Assembly (NCBI GenBank): GCA_951813565.1
Contig: OX638351.1
Coordinates: forward strand, 1,600,001 to 1,664,000
Source: an uncultured Poribacteria bacterium
GTDB taxonomy: Bacteria > Poribacteria > WGA-4E > WGA-3G
DNA: 64,000 nucleotides
Direction of reading: 5' to 3'
Below the pieces are notes generated by a model. The model did no database searches. It was not told the origin of the DNA and was given only the letters and a program-made list of their open reading frames with translations. Made by a program: the position numbers and the translations under genes. Shown one piece after another: positions 10,476-21,450 of this stretch; position 1 is the stretch's first letter; every line of letters starts with the position of its first letter.

Positions 10476-11078
10476 ATGAAACGATATAAAGTTACATTAT
10501 TGGATATAATAGTTTTAACGAAAGAGATTGCCCAAGAAAGATTAAGTCATTATAACGATCTTACTAATCATAACGAACCTGGCACACCACCTCCAGGTGA
10601 TTTAAGAAGACACACAATATACAGAAATCTATTTTCTCTTCCGCTTTTGGTAGAAAAAACTTTTAAGAATAAAATCAGCAATATATTTGAGGCATCAGGA
10701 GATCCAGTCCGGAATATAGTAATGTCTGAACAGACGAAAATAATGTATTATGCCTTAAGTGCACCTCTTGAGTATGATTTTCTGACCTCACTTGTGGTTG
10801 GAGTAAAAATAATTATGCCAGCATTAAAATTTATAAATCCAATAAATCTCCGCAGTTTTGTTATCGCTGAAACCTTTCATAGAGTAATTCTCTATAAAGA
10901 AATGTTTAAATCACTCAAAGTTTCTTCAAATAGTGACCCCAAAGTTACATTTTCAGCTTCAGCATCTGATTTTGATGTTAATAACTATACTATTGGTGAC
11001 ATTAAAAACAGACTGAACACTATAGAAAAATATGTGCTAATTTGTATTGTTCTTAAAAATATTTCAAGTAACCTATAA
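10476..11078 (+). CDS. AT-rich orphan hypothetical protein inside the atp operon
   Basis: 200-aa open frame in visibly AT-rich DNA; no recognisable motif. Confidence 0.5.
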   Translation: MKRYKVTLLDIIVLTKEIAQERLSHYNDLTNHNEPGTPPPGDLRRHTIYRNLFSLPLLVEKTFKNKISNIFEASGDPVRNIVMSEQTKIMYYALSAPLEYDFLTSLVVGVKIIMPALKFINPINLRSFVIAETFHRVILYKEMFKSLKVSSNSDPKVTFSASASDFDVNNYTIGDIKNRLNTIEKYVLICIVLKNISSNL

Positions 11079-11288
11079 TAAATAATTTATGAATAAACTA
11101 AATTGCAACTAATAAATTCTATACATTTGGACATAGGTTTTTAAATAAAAAACTGTCCAACATTCAGTGAATACCTTACGCTTATTCAGTGTTGATTTGG
11201 TAAGGGTGCTGTGTATATAAAAGGTAGTAACTTGGGCTATAGAAGTAGATGAAGTAATACCAAATTTAAGAAACATTGAAAAACAAAT

Positions 11289-12122
11289 ATGAAAAAAATA
11301 TCGTTTATATGCTTGGTTGTCGGACTTACTTTGGCTGTAGGAGTCGGGAGTTTCGCAGCCGACAATGGCCACCGTAGTTTGCTCTCTCCGATTTCAAAGT
11401 TGTTGCCGGATAACATCATTCCTGAACCGACTCGGTGGCATCAACCGGATCTGATCCCAAATACACTTTTTGCTGTTCTCGTCTTAACACTGTTTTTTAT
11501 CTTCGTCACCCGGAAGTTGAAACGGATACCTGAAGGGAAAGGGCAAACCCTGTTAGAGGTGTTTGTGGGCGGTATCACGGACTTCTTCGGAGGTATTTTA
11601 GGCGACCACGGCAAAAAGTATGTCCCATTCGTTGGATCCCTCTTCATCTTCATTCTCTTCCTGAACTTTCTTGGAATCATTCCGGGTCTTCAACCCCCAA
11701 CAGCAGATTTGAACACAACGCTTGCCCTCGGTATAACGGCTGTATTAGGCGTTCAAATTATCGCTATTAAAGAGCTTGGGATAGGAGGCTATCTGAAACA
11801 TTTAGCTGGTGATCCCCCGTTGTTAGGGATTTTGATGTTCCCACTTGAAGTTATTGCGCAGTTATCGCGCGCGGGTTCACTTGCTGTCCGGCTTTTCGGA
11901 AATATTTTTGGCGAAAAATCGGTTGTTATACAACTGACAATGCTTGGAATTATCCCCATCGTCGGTACAGCCTTCTTCATTCCGATACCAGTTCAGATAC
12001 CAATGCTGTTTTTCGGGTTGTTTGCTGGCTTTTTGCAGGCATTCGTTTTTACAATCTTAACATCTATCTATATCGTGCTGTTCATAGAACACGACGAAGA
12101 AGCGCATGAAGCGCATCATTAA
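11289..12122 (+). CDS. atpB: Fo subunit a
   Basis: PTADLNTTLAL, SLAVRLFGNI (essential Arg), LQAFVFTILTSIYI. Confidence 0.95.
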   Translation: MKKISFICLVVGLTLAVGVGSFAADNGHRSLLSPISKLLPDNIIPEPTRWHQPDLIPNTLFAVLVLTLFFIFVTRKLKRIPEGKGQTLLEVFVGGITDFFGGILGDHGKKYVPFVGSLFIFILFLNFLGIIPGLQPPTADLNTTLALGITAVLGVQIIAIKELGIGGYLKHLAGDPPLLGILMFPLEVIAQLSRAGSLAVRLFGNIFGEKSVVIQLTMLGIIPIVGTAFFIPIPVQIPMLFFGLFAGFLQAFVFTILTSIYIVLFIEHDEEAHEAHH

Positions 12123-12172
12123 TTCAGTGGGACAAGTCTAACTTGCCCCTTTCCGTCCAAGGAGGACATTTC

Positions 12173-12544
12173 ATGATTTATTTAGCAGTGTTAGCGTTTG
12201 GTGTAACTTTAGGGTTGCCGATCGCTGTTATTTTTGCCTCAACGGCGCAAGGAAAGGCAACAAGTACTGCTCTTGAAGGAATTGCGCGTCAACCTGAGTC
12301 ATCTGGAAAAATTCAAACCGCGATGATTATCGGTTTGGCTCTCATCGAATCGCTTGTTATTTACGCACTATTAATGTTCTTTATTCTGCAAGCAAAACTT
12401 CCCGAAGGCGACATGCTGAGAGGAATGATTGATGCCGAAGCTGGAAAAGCTCAGATTGAACAGGTGCAGGAAAATGCCGCTAACGGTGTCGAAATGGAAG
12501 ATGCTAACGGTGTCGAAATGGAAGATGCAGGCGAAAACGAATAA
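12173..12544 (+). CDS. atpE: Fo subunit c with acidic C-terminal extension
   Basis: IARQPE loop, LALIESLVIY carboxylate helix, GGAGG RBS; about 50 extra aa including 2x ANGVEMED. Confidence 0.93.
   Translation: MIYLAVLAFGVTLGLPIAVIFASTAQGKATSTALEGIARQPESSGKIQTAMIIGLALIESLVIYALLMFFILQAKLPEGDMLRGMIDAEAGKAQIEQVQENAANGVEMEDANGVEMEDAGENE
12479..12528 (+). repeat. Perfect 24-bp tandem duplication in the atpE tail
   Basis: GCTAACGGTGTCGAAATGGAAGAT x2. Confidence 0.9.
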
Positions 12545-12624
12545 ACGCAACCTCCAACATATTGGGGCATCCGAGAAAAATGCCCCAAAAAAGTTGGGGA
12601 CCTATTAGCGAGTCCAAAAAACTC

Positions 12625-13209
12625 ATGAGAAAAAAGATATATGCATGTTGCCTCATTTTAATGGGGATGTGTCTCACCAGTGTATTCGCAGCGGATGCTC
12701 CTGCTGAAGCTGGACTTTTAGGTTTGCTCGGAATTGATCCGAAGACGATCATCATGCAAGCCATCGGTTTCCTTGTTGTACTCTTGGTGCTTTGGAAGTT
12801 CGTTTTCGGCAAGGTAGGCGGGCTTTTAGAGGAACGCCGAACTGAAATCGTGACCCAGTTGGAACAATTGAAAACTGACCGGGAAGAATTGGACCGACTC
12901 ACCGCTGAAACACGACAACGTTTAGGCGATATTGAAAATGAGTCGCAAGCCAAGATCCAATCTGCTATTGAGCAGGGTAACATAGAACGTGAGCAAATCG
13001 TTGCGCAAGCACGACAAGAAGCTGAATATGAGATTGTAAGAGCACGTGCTGAAATTCAGCGCGAAAAAGACGAAGCTATCTCTGAATTGCGTGGCGTTGT
13101 GGCTGAACTTGCTATTGACGCAGCGGGTAAAATCATCAGTGCGGAACTGACCCCTGAGAGACACCAAAATATCATTGATGCATCCATTAACAGGTTGTCA
13201 GCGGAATAG
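12625..13209 (+). CDS. atpF: Fo subunit b
   Basis: TM anchor QAIGFLVVLLVLWKFVF, then LEERR coiled coil; operon position. Confidence 0.9.
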   Translation: MRKKIYACCLILMGMCLTSVFAADAPAEAGLLGLLGIDPKTIIMQAIGFLVVLLVLWKFVFGKVGGLLEERRTEIVTQLEQLKTDREELDRLTAETRQRLGDIENESQAKIQSAIEQGNIEREQIVAQARQEAEYEIVRARAEIQREKDEAISELRGVVAELAIDAAGKIISAELTPERHQNIIDASINRLSAE

Positions 13210-13288
13210 TTACCAGTTATCAGTAGTCAGCCACAAGGGGCTGCTTGTAGACGAAAACTTCTTAACTGATAACTGACGACTGAAAACT
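13208..13288. repeat. Inverted heptamer-repeat (AGTTATC-like) hairpin element
   Basis: AGTTACCAGTTATCAGTAGTCAG ... CTGATAACTGACGACTGAAAACT between atpF and atpH. Confidence 0.55.
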
Positions 13289-13308
13289 ATTAAAGGTGAA
13301 AACGAACA

Positions 13309-13848
13309 ATGAGAGACATTCGGGTCGCAAAACCTTATGCTCGCGCCTTATACGAAGCGGCATCTGAACAAAATGCGCTACTATCTATTACCGCTGATAT
13401 TGATAAGCTGCGAGAGCTGCTTGAACAGTCAGAGGAATTGACACAATTTATTAATTCGCCCCTGCTGTCCCCACAAGTTAAAAGCGACACATTTCAGCAA
13501 CTATTTACCGATAGTATGCATCCGCTGATGATTAATTTCTTTAAACTTCTCGCATTGAAACAACGTGAACGTTATCTTGTCGCAATAATGGATGTCTTTT
13601 CTGCAATTGTTGATGAAGCTGCTGGTAGGGTTGTCGCAAAAGTGACAACAGCGGTACCAATTACACAAAGCCAAGATCGACAACTTGTCCAGCAATTAAG
13701 TGCATACTCAGGAAAACAGGTGAGGTTGGAAACTGAAACTGACGAACAGATTCAGGGCGGGTTTATTGTGCAGTTAGGTGACACCGTTTTTGATGCAAGT
13801 ATCACCACACAACTCCAACGTTTGAAACGACAACTCGCAAAGGGGTAA
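13309..13848 (+). CDS. atpH: F1 subunit delta
   Basis: VAKPYARALY, IQGGFIVQLGDTVFDASI. Confidence 0.95.
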   Translation: MRDIRVAKPYARALYEAASEQNALLSITADIDKLRELLEQSEELTQFINSPLLSPQVKSDTFQQLFTDSMHPLMINFFKLLALKQRERYLVAIMDVFSAIVDEAAGRVVAKVTTAVPITQSQDRQLVQQLSAYSGKQVRLETETDEQIQGGFIVQLGDTVFDASITTQLQRLKRQLAKG

Positions 13849-13998
13849 TTAGCTGCGAAGTTTATTTAAAATCCATAATAAATTAAATACTGTGGTAAGT
13901 GCGGTTTCCTAACCGCACCGAGTAAATGATGCTGTTCCTAATTTACAGGTTTCCCATCTGAATGAAAGACAATTGCGACCCCATAGAGGATTGAAAAT

Positions 13999-15606
13999 AT
14001 GGCAAGAGAAGTCCGACCGGACGAAATATCGAATATATTAAAACAGCAGCTGCAACAGTTTGAACAAGACGTAGATGTCTATGACTCTGGCACTGTGCTG
14101 GAAGTCGGCGATGGTATCGCTCGGGTGCATGGGCTTGCCAACGCAATGGCAAGCGAAATGATTGAATTCCCAAACGATATTTACGGTATCGCTTTTAACC
14201 TTGAAGAAGACAACGTCGGTTGTGTGCTGTTCGGTGAAGACCAACTTATACATGAAGGCGATACCGTTAAACGTACGGGTAGGCTACCAGAAGTTCCAGT
14301 CGGTGAGGCGCTCCTTGGACGGATCGTTGACGCACTTGGAAATCCCATTGATGGCTTGGGAGACATTCATACAGAACATAGACTCCCTGTGGAACAGAAA
14401 GGGTTAGGTATCGTTCAACGGCAACCAGTCGGTGAACCGCTCTATACAGGTTTAAAAGCTATTGACAGTTTGACACCGATCGGCAGAGGGCAACGAGAAC
14501 TTATTATTGGTGACCGTCGAACTGGCAAAACTGCAATCGCAATAGACGCTATTCTGAGTCAAAAGAACACTGATGTTTACTGCATCTATGTTGCTATCGG
14601 TCAAAAAGGGTCTACGCTGGCACAAGTGGCAAATACCCTTCGCGAACATAATGCGCTGGAATATACTACCATCGTTTCTGCCCCCGCAAGTGCACCATCA
14701 CCGCTGCAATACCTCGCCCCTTACTCTGGCACATCAATGGCGGAATACTTCTGTCATAACGGTAAACACGCGCTTATCGTATACGATGACCTGACAAAAC
14801 ATGCGTGGGCATACCGCCAGATGTCGCTGCTTTCACGTAGACCTCCCGGTCGTGAAGCGTATCCCGGTGATGTATTCTATCTACATTCACGTCTGTTAGA
14901 ACGGGCTGCAAAACTCAGTGACGAATTGGGTGGTGGATCGCTCACTGCACTGCCGATTATTGAAATCTTTGAGGGTGATTTGACAACTTACATCCCAACA
15001 AACGTTATCTCCATCACCGATGGGCAGATATACCTCACAACGGATCTGTTTAACCAAGGTGTGAGACCCGCAATTGATGTCGGGACGTCTGTTTCCCGCG
15101 TTGGAGGCGATGCTCAGGTCAAAGCGATGAAATCAGATGAGGTTGCAGGTACCCTAAAACTTGACCTCGCAAGTTTCCGAGAAGTTGCTGCCTTTGCGCA
15201 ATTCGGATCGGATCTGGATGCGTCAACACAATCTCTGCTCCTGCGCGGCACACGGCTTGTAGAATTGCTGAAACAACCGCAATATCAACCTATGCCTGTT
15301 GAGCGAGAAGTTGCCTCTATCTTCTGTGGCACAAACGGCTATTTAGACGATGTTCCTGAATCGGAAGTGGCACGGTTTGAATCTGAATTCCTGCAATACC
15401 TTGACAGGAATCATGCAGAACTCCTCTCTGAAATCGCAGAAACCGGTTTGCTGAGTGATGAATTGCTTGAAACCTTGCACGCTGCAGCAAAGGCATTCAA
15501 GGAAAATTGGAGTGATACACCGACAGCGCAACCACAAATTGAGGAAGTGCCAGCAGTAGAGGACGCGGGCACAGAAGCAGAGGAAACGCCGGCAGAAGGT
15601 GAATAA
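13999..15606 (+). CDS. atpA: F1 subunit alpha
   Basis: [49 protein letters not shown]. Confidence 0.98.
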   Translation: MAREVRPDEISNILKQQLQQFEQDVDVYDSGTVLEVGDGIARVHGLANAMASEMIEFPNDIYGIAFNLEEDNVGCVLFGEDQLIHEGDTVKRTGRLPEVPVGEALLGRIVDALGNPIDGLGDIHTEHRLPVEQKGLGIVQRQPVGEPLYTGLKAIDSLTPIGRGQRELIIGDRRTGKTAIAIDAILSQKNTDVYCIYVAIGQKGSTLAQVANTLREHNALEYTTIVSAPASAPSPLQYLAPYSGTSMAEYFCHNGKHALIVYDDLTKHAWAYRQMSLLSRRPPGREAYPGDVFYLHSRLLERAAKLSDELGGGSLTALPIIEIFEGDLTTYIPTNVISITDGQIYLTTDLFNQGVRPAIDVGTSVSRVGGDAQVKAMKSDEVAGTLKLDLASFREVAAFAQFGSDLDASTQSLLLRGTRLVELLKQPQYQPMPVEREVASIFCGTNGYLDDVPESEVARFESEFLQYLDRNHAELLSEIAETGLLSDELLETLHAAAKAFKENWSDTPTAQPQIEEVPAVEDAGTEAEETPAEGE

Positions 15607-15608
15607 AA

Positions 15609-17946
<2,338 letters not shown>

Positions 17947-18078
17947 GGAAATCAATATCCCTTTTGTAGCGCAAACTGTTATTTTGTGCTATTATGTGAC
18001 AACTTAGAGTATAAAAGCAAATTCCAAAACTCACCACGACATCGGTCTTGTCATCAAACAATTCTGTAGAGGTGACAC

Positions 18079-18492
18079 ATGAAACACACAACAAGCATTG
18101 AATTAGCAAATCAGAGAAACTTGATTTTAGCCGAGGCAGGCATTCTCAAGCCTGAAGAGGTCCGGCGCGTAACTGTTGATAACGCAATCGTTGATACCGG
18201 TGCAACTCGATTGTCCTTACCTAAATCGCTTATTGAACAACTCGGTTTGACGCCCGTTGGTAGTCGGAAAGCCCGAATAACGAACGGCATTGTAGATAGG
18301 ATTATCTATTCGGAAGTCAGATTTACAGTTTTGGAACGAAGCGGAACAATCGAAGTAACAGATGTGCCGAACAATGTGCCAGTCCTCGTAGGACACATGA
18401 TTTTGGAGATGCTCGATCTCTGTTTAGATATCAAAAAAGGGTTAATCTATAATCCTGACCATGATGACGAATGGATTGAAGATCAACTCTAA
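18079..18492 (+). CDS. Clan AA (retropepsin-like) aspartyl protease
   Basis: AIVDTGAT catalytic motif and VLVGHMIL. Confidence 0.8.
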   Translation: MKHTTSIELANQRNLILAEAGILKPEEVRRVTVDNAIVDTGATRLSLPKSLIEQLGLTPVGSRKARITNGIVDRIIYSEVRFTVLERSGTIEVTDVPNNVPVLVGHMILEMLDLCLDIKKGLIYNPDHDDEWIEDQL

Positions 18493-18534
18493 TACCATTC
18501 TGAATAATAATTTCTCATTACCAAAACCGCGTTT

Positions 18535-18557
18535 GTAGTCGCGCAATTCATTGCGCC
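18535..18557 (+). repeat. REP-like GTAGTCGCGCAATTCATTGCGC
   Basis: Related copies near 38358, 39264, 62930 and (minus strand) 59907-59926. Confidence 0.8.
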
Positions 18558-18583
18558 TCTTACATTCCTGGAACAATATAGAT

Positions 18584-18991
18584 ATGCAAAATAGAAGTTT
18601 TCACCTTGAAATACGCACACCAGAAAAATTGATTTATGAAGGCGATGTGACCAGCGTTAACGCGCCAGGAATCGAAGGCAACTTCCAGATTCTATATGGA
18701 CACATCCCCTTCCTTACAGCATTAGACGTCGGTGAAATACGGGTCCAAGAATCGGGTACACCACGTTCAATGGCGACAAGCGGCGGCGTTTTTGAAGTGC
18801 TACGCACCGGTGTCACTACATTGGTTGAAACAGCAGAATGGGCATCGGATATTGATGTGTCGCGTGCCGAAAGTGCACTTGAACGTGCCCAAGAACAACT
18901 CGCAGCAGATACCCCCGACCTGAATCGCCCACGTGCTGAAGCGGCACTCGCCCGTGCACAAAATCGCATTAAAGTCGCGAGTAATTTGTAA
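18584..18991 (+). CDS. atpC: F1 subunit epsilon
   Basis: LEIRTPEK, PGIEGNFQILYGHIP, SGGVFEV, DIDVSRA. Confidence 0.95.
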   Translation: MQNRSFHLEIRTPEKLIYEGDVTSVNAPGIEGNFQILYGHIPFLTALDVGEIRVQESGTPRSMATSGGVFEVLRTGVTTLVETAEWASDIDVSRAESALERAQEQLAADTPDLNRPRAEAALARAQNRIKVASNL

Positions 18992-19105
18992 TACCATTTC
19001 TAATTGAATACCTTTCAATGTGCATGTAGCATAAACTTTTAGTTTGTGCCACCGTGTCCCCTTTTAAAAAAGTTGTTCAGGTGATATTTGTTTTCAGAAA
19101 TGGTA
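18992..19105. mobile_element. 114-bp MITE with TACCATTTCT/AGAAATGGTA ends and TAA target duplication, inserted at the atpC stop codon
   Basis: TAA|TACCATTTCT...AGAAATGGTA|TAA; internal GTAGCATAAACTTTTAGTTTGTGC hairpin. Confidence 0.75.
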
Positions 19106-19143
19106 TAAGTATCACTTCGATGCGTCCGTTTTACGCAAAAAAC

Positions 19144-19172
19144 TTGAGACAGGTTAGAATTTTCTGTATAAT
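19144..19172 (+). promoter_or_regulatory. Sigma-70 promoter of the nucleotidyltransferase cassette
   Basis: TTGAGA-N17-TATAAT. Confidence 0.6.
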
Positions 19173-19194
19173 TAACCATAAGAAGATTTAATTG

Positions 19195-19634
19195 ATGGCT
19201 CTTCCCAATTTGAACCATGCTGGTGAATTACCTATAGGAATACATCAAGCGACGATCGATGAGGTAATTGCTCAATTTGGGAGTGGAACATTACAGCGAG
19301 AAATTGTGACTGCGCGTTTGCAAGAATCTATCAAATTGCTAAAGATACAGGAAATCTTCAGCAATTGATTATTTTTGGGAGTTATATTACAGCGAAGCCT
19401 GAACCTAATGATGTGGACGTTGTAATCATCTTTAATGACGATTTCGACCTAACAGTCTGCAGCGAGGAAGTGAAACGGCTTTTGAACCATCAACAGGCAG
19501 AAAATGAATTCGGAGCCAGTATTTTTTGGATCCGTCCGTCCTTACTGTTGTTTGAAACACTTGACGAGTTTATTGAAAGTTGGCAAATCAAACGGGATGG
19601 AACGCGACGCGGTATCATAGAGGTAAGAAAATGA
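19195..19634 (+). pseudogene. DUF6932-like minimal nucleotidyltransferase with a 1-nt frameshift near 19323
   Basis: MALPNLNHAGELPIGIHQATIDEV in one frame, IIFGSYITAKPEPNDVDVV (GS..DxD) in the next; adding one A at CAAGAATC joins them. Confidence 0.7.
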
Positions 19635-19879
19635 TTCACAATGACAAAGAACTCAAAGCAAGTCAGCAACGCATAGCGTATTTTCAAAACTTGCTCTTAC
19701 AACTGCGAGTTAAGGCAACACCTGAAGAATTTTCGCTCATCTCAACTGGATATCGGACAGAGATTCTGAAAATGCAAGATGAAGTACTTGAATACCTGAC
19801 TCGACATTCATGTGAACCAATACCGGTGAAAGTAACTTCTGCGGAGGCATCAGATACTTCAAGTGACAGGAAACAATAA
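19631..19879 (+). CDS. Small helical protein coupled to the nucleotidyltransferase (possible antitoxin-like partner)
   Basis: ATGA start/stop overlap with the upstream gene, GAGG RBS, MIHNDKELKASQQRI. Confidence 0.6.
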   Translation: MIHNDKELKASQQRIAYFQNLLLQLRVKATPEEFSLISTGYRTEILKMQDEVLEYLTRHSCEPIPVKVTSAEASDTSSDRKQ

Positions 19880-19896
19880 TTTTTCAACCAGTTCCT

Positions 19897-20068
19897 ATTG
19901 GTTGAAACAGCAGAATGGGCATCGGATATTGATGTGTCGCGTGCCGAAAGTGCACTTGAACGTGCCCAAGAACAACTCGCAGCAGATACCCCCGACCTGA
20001 ATCGCCCACGTGCTGAAGCGGCACTTGCCCGCGCACAAAATCGTATTAAGGTTGGGAGTAATATGTAA
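19897..20068 (+). repeat. 172-bp direct repeat of the atpC 3' end (other copy 18820..18991)
   Basis: First 129 bp identical, then 7 substitutions (5 synonymous) ending at the same TAA. Confidence 0.95.
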
Positions 20069-20148
20069 TTGAAAGGAGTCGGCAAGCCCGTTCTAAAATC
20101 CAAATTGACTGACACAACAAATTGGAAATGGTAGGTTTTTATCTTAAA

Positions 20149-21321
20149 TTACCAGTCTCCAAAAATGGAGTTAATTTCTATCAACTCTTTCCTCTTGGCA
20201 GGATCGTCAACATTGAAAGCCCAAAGAAGTTGACCCACCAAGGTATCAACAATATCTATAACCTTCTTCCTTTCAAGGAAATCTCGCTCAAAGCACTGTG
20301 TAGAAGCAAGAATTTCCGAATCAAGACTTTGATACTTATCACTAAAGTTGTCAGGATCTGCTCCATAAAACCTTAATTTTTCTTTAAAAACTCCCCGTAA
20401 TTGTACTGTAATCTCAAGATTCCCTAAAGACTCACATTTCTCATACAACAAACGGGCTTCTTTAATTGCAAAACCAATTGCCCAAATACAGTCCGGAAAG
20501 TCAACATATTTCCCTGACCGTTTTGGGTTATCCCATTCCGGGTTATTCCATGTAATCCCTGCTCTATAATAGACGATACCATATTGATTTAATTCCAAGC
20601 ATTTATAAGGCTCTCTACCTCCTATTAAAAAACATGTTCCTCCTGAAACCCTTCTTAAGGCCCGATCCGCTACTTGTGAAGCTAATTTTGCTCTTGCTAC
20701 CTCATAAAGCTCGACTGTAGAAATCACAGATTGATAAGGAAACACAGGTCTGATAATCACTGTCAAATTTGGATTGTCTGTTGCACAGAGAGTTTCTGTT
20801 CTTTCCTCAATTCGATTGAGAATTTGCTGAGCAACTACCTGCGAATCCTCTCGACGTTTGAGCATATAGGTAATGCGATCCGTATCCGCAAGTGTAAGTT
20901 CGTACGGTTGAGTGATGCTACCTACGCGGATGTAAACTCGTGTGGAGTTTTGAATCGCATGGGGAACTTGGATGCTTTCATCAACGCGAACTACGGCAAC
21001 GATATCATTAGAATTTGGCACATCAACAATTACCACTTCGGGAATAACTGCAGGGTAGATCCCCTGGAGTGCGCTCTGCAGAATTTGCTCCTCAATTCCA
21101 TTTCGCTTGTGTATACCCTGAATGGGAAACTTGACATTGTTCATTTCGTCAGTTTCAGCCCCTATGACAAAAATTCCGCCAAGCGTATTTGCAAAAGACG
21201 ACACGATTTTAGGAATGTGTGCGATCTCTTGCTTATATTCTACACGCACACCTTCGCCAAATTCTTGGCAAAAGTCTTTAACATCTTGAAACGTAATTTC
21301 GTTTTTTGATTTCGTGAACAT
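20149..21321 (-). CDS. Schlafen/AlbA_2-domain protein
   Basis: EGVRVEYK...KIVSSFANTLGGIFVIG...PH...VYIRVGS. Confidence 0.8.
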   Translation of the reverse strand: MFTKSKNEITFQDVKDFCQEFGEGVRVEYKQEIAHIPKIVSSFANTLGGIFVIGAETDEMNNVKFPIQGIHKRNGIEEQILQSALQGIYPAVIPEVVIVDVPNSNDIVAVVRVDESIQVPHAIQNSTRVYIRVGSITQPYELTLADTDRITYMLKRREDSQVVAQQILNRIEERTETLCATDNPNLTVIIRPVFPYQSVISTVELYEVARAKLASQVADRALRRVSGGTCFLIGGREPYKCLELNQYGIVYYRAGITWNNPEWDNPKRSGKYVDFPDCIWAIGFAIKEARLLYEKCESLGNLEITVQLRGVFKEKLRFYGADPDNFSDKYQSLDSEILASTQCFERDFLERKKVIDIVDTLVGQLLWAFNVDDPAKRKELIEINSIFGDW

Positions 21322-21450
21322 AATTAAAATCCTTTATGATGAATATTCTCTACGAAGTTATCATTGAAATTTCACAAAGCAAGAGAGACATTTAGCTTTT
21401 AGCTTTCTATATCATGTTTTACTCGTACCTTACCCTCTAACACAACTGAT

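Noticed and set aside
18820..20068. atpC repeat pair as a DGR template/variable region
   Set aside because: Mismatches are not adenine-specific and are mostly synonymous; no reverse transcriptase in the window
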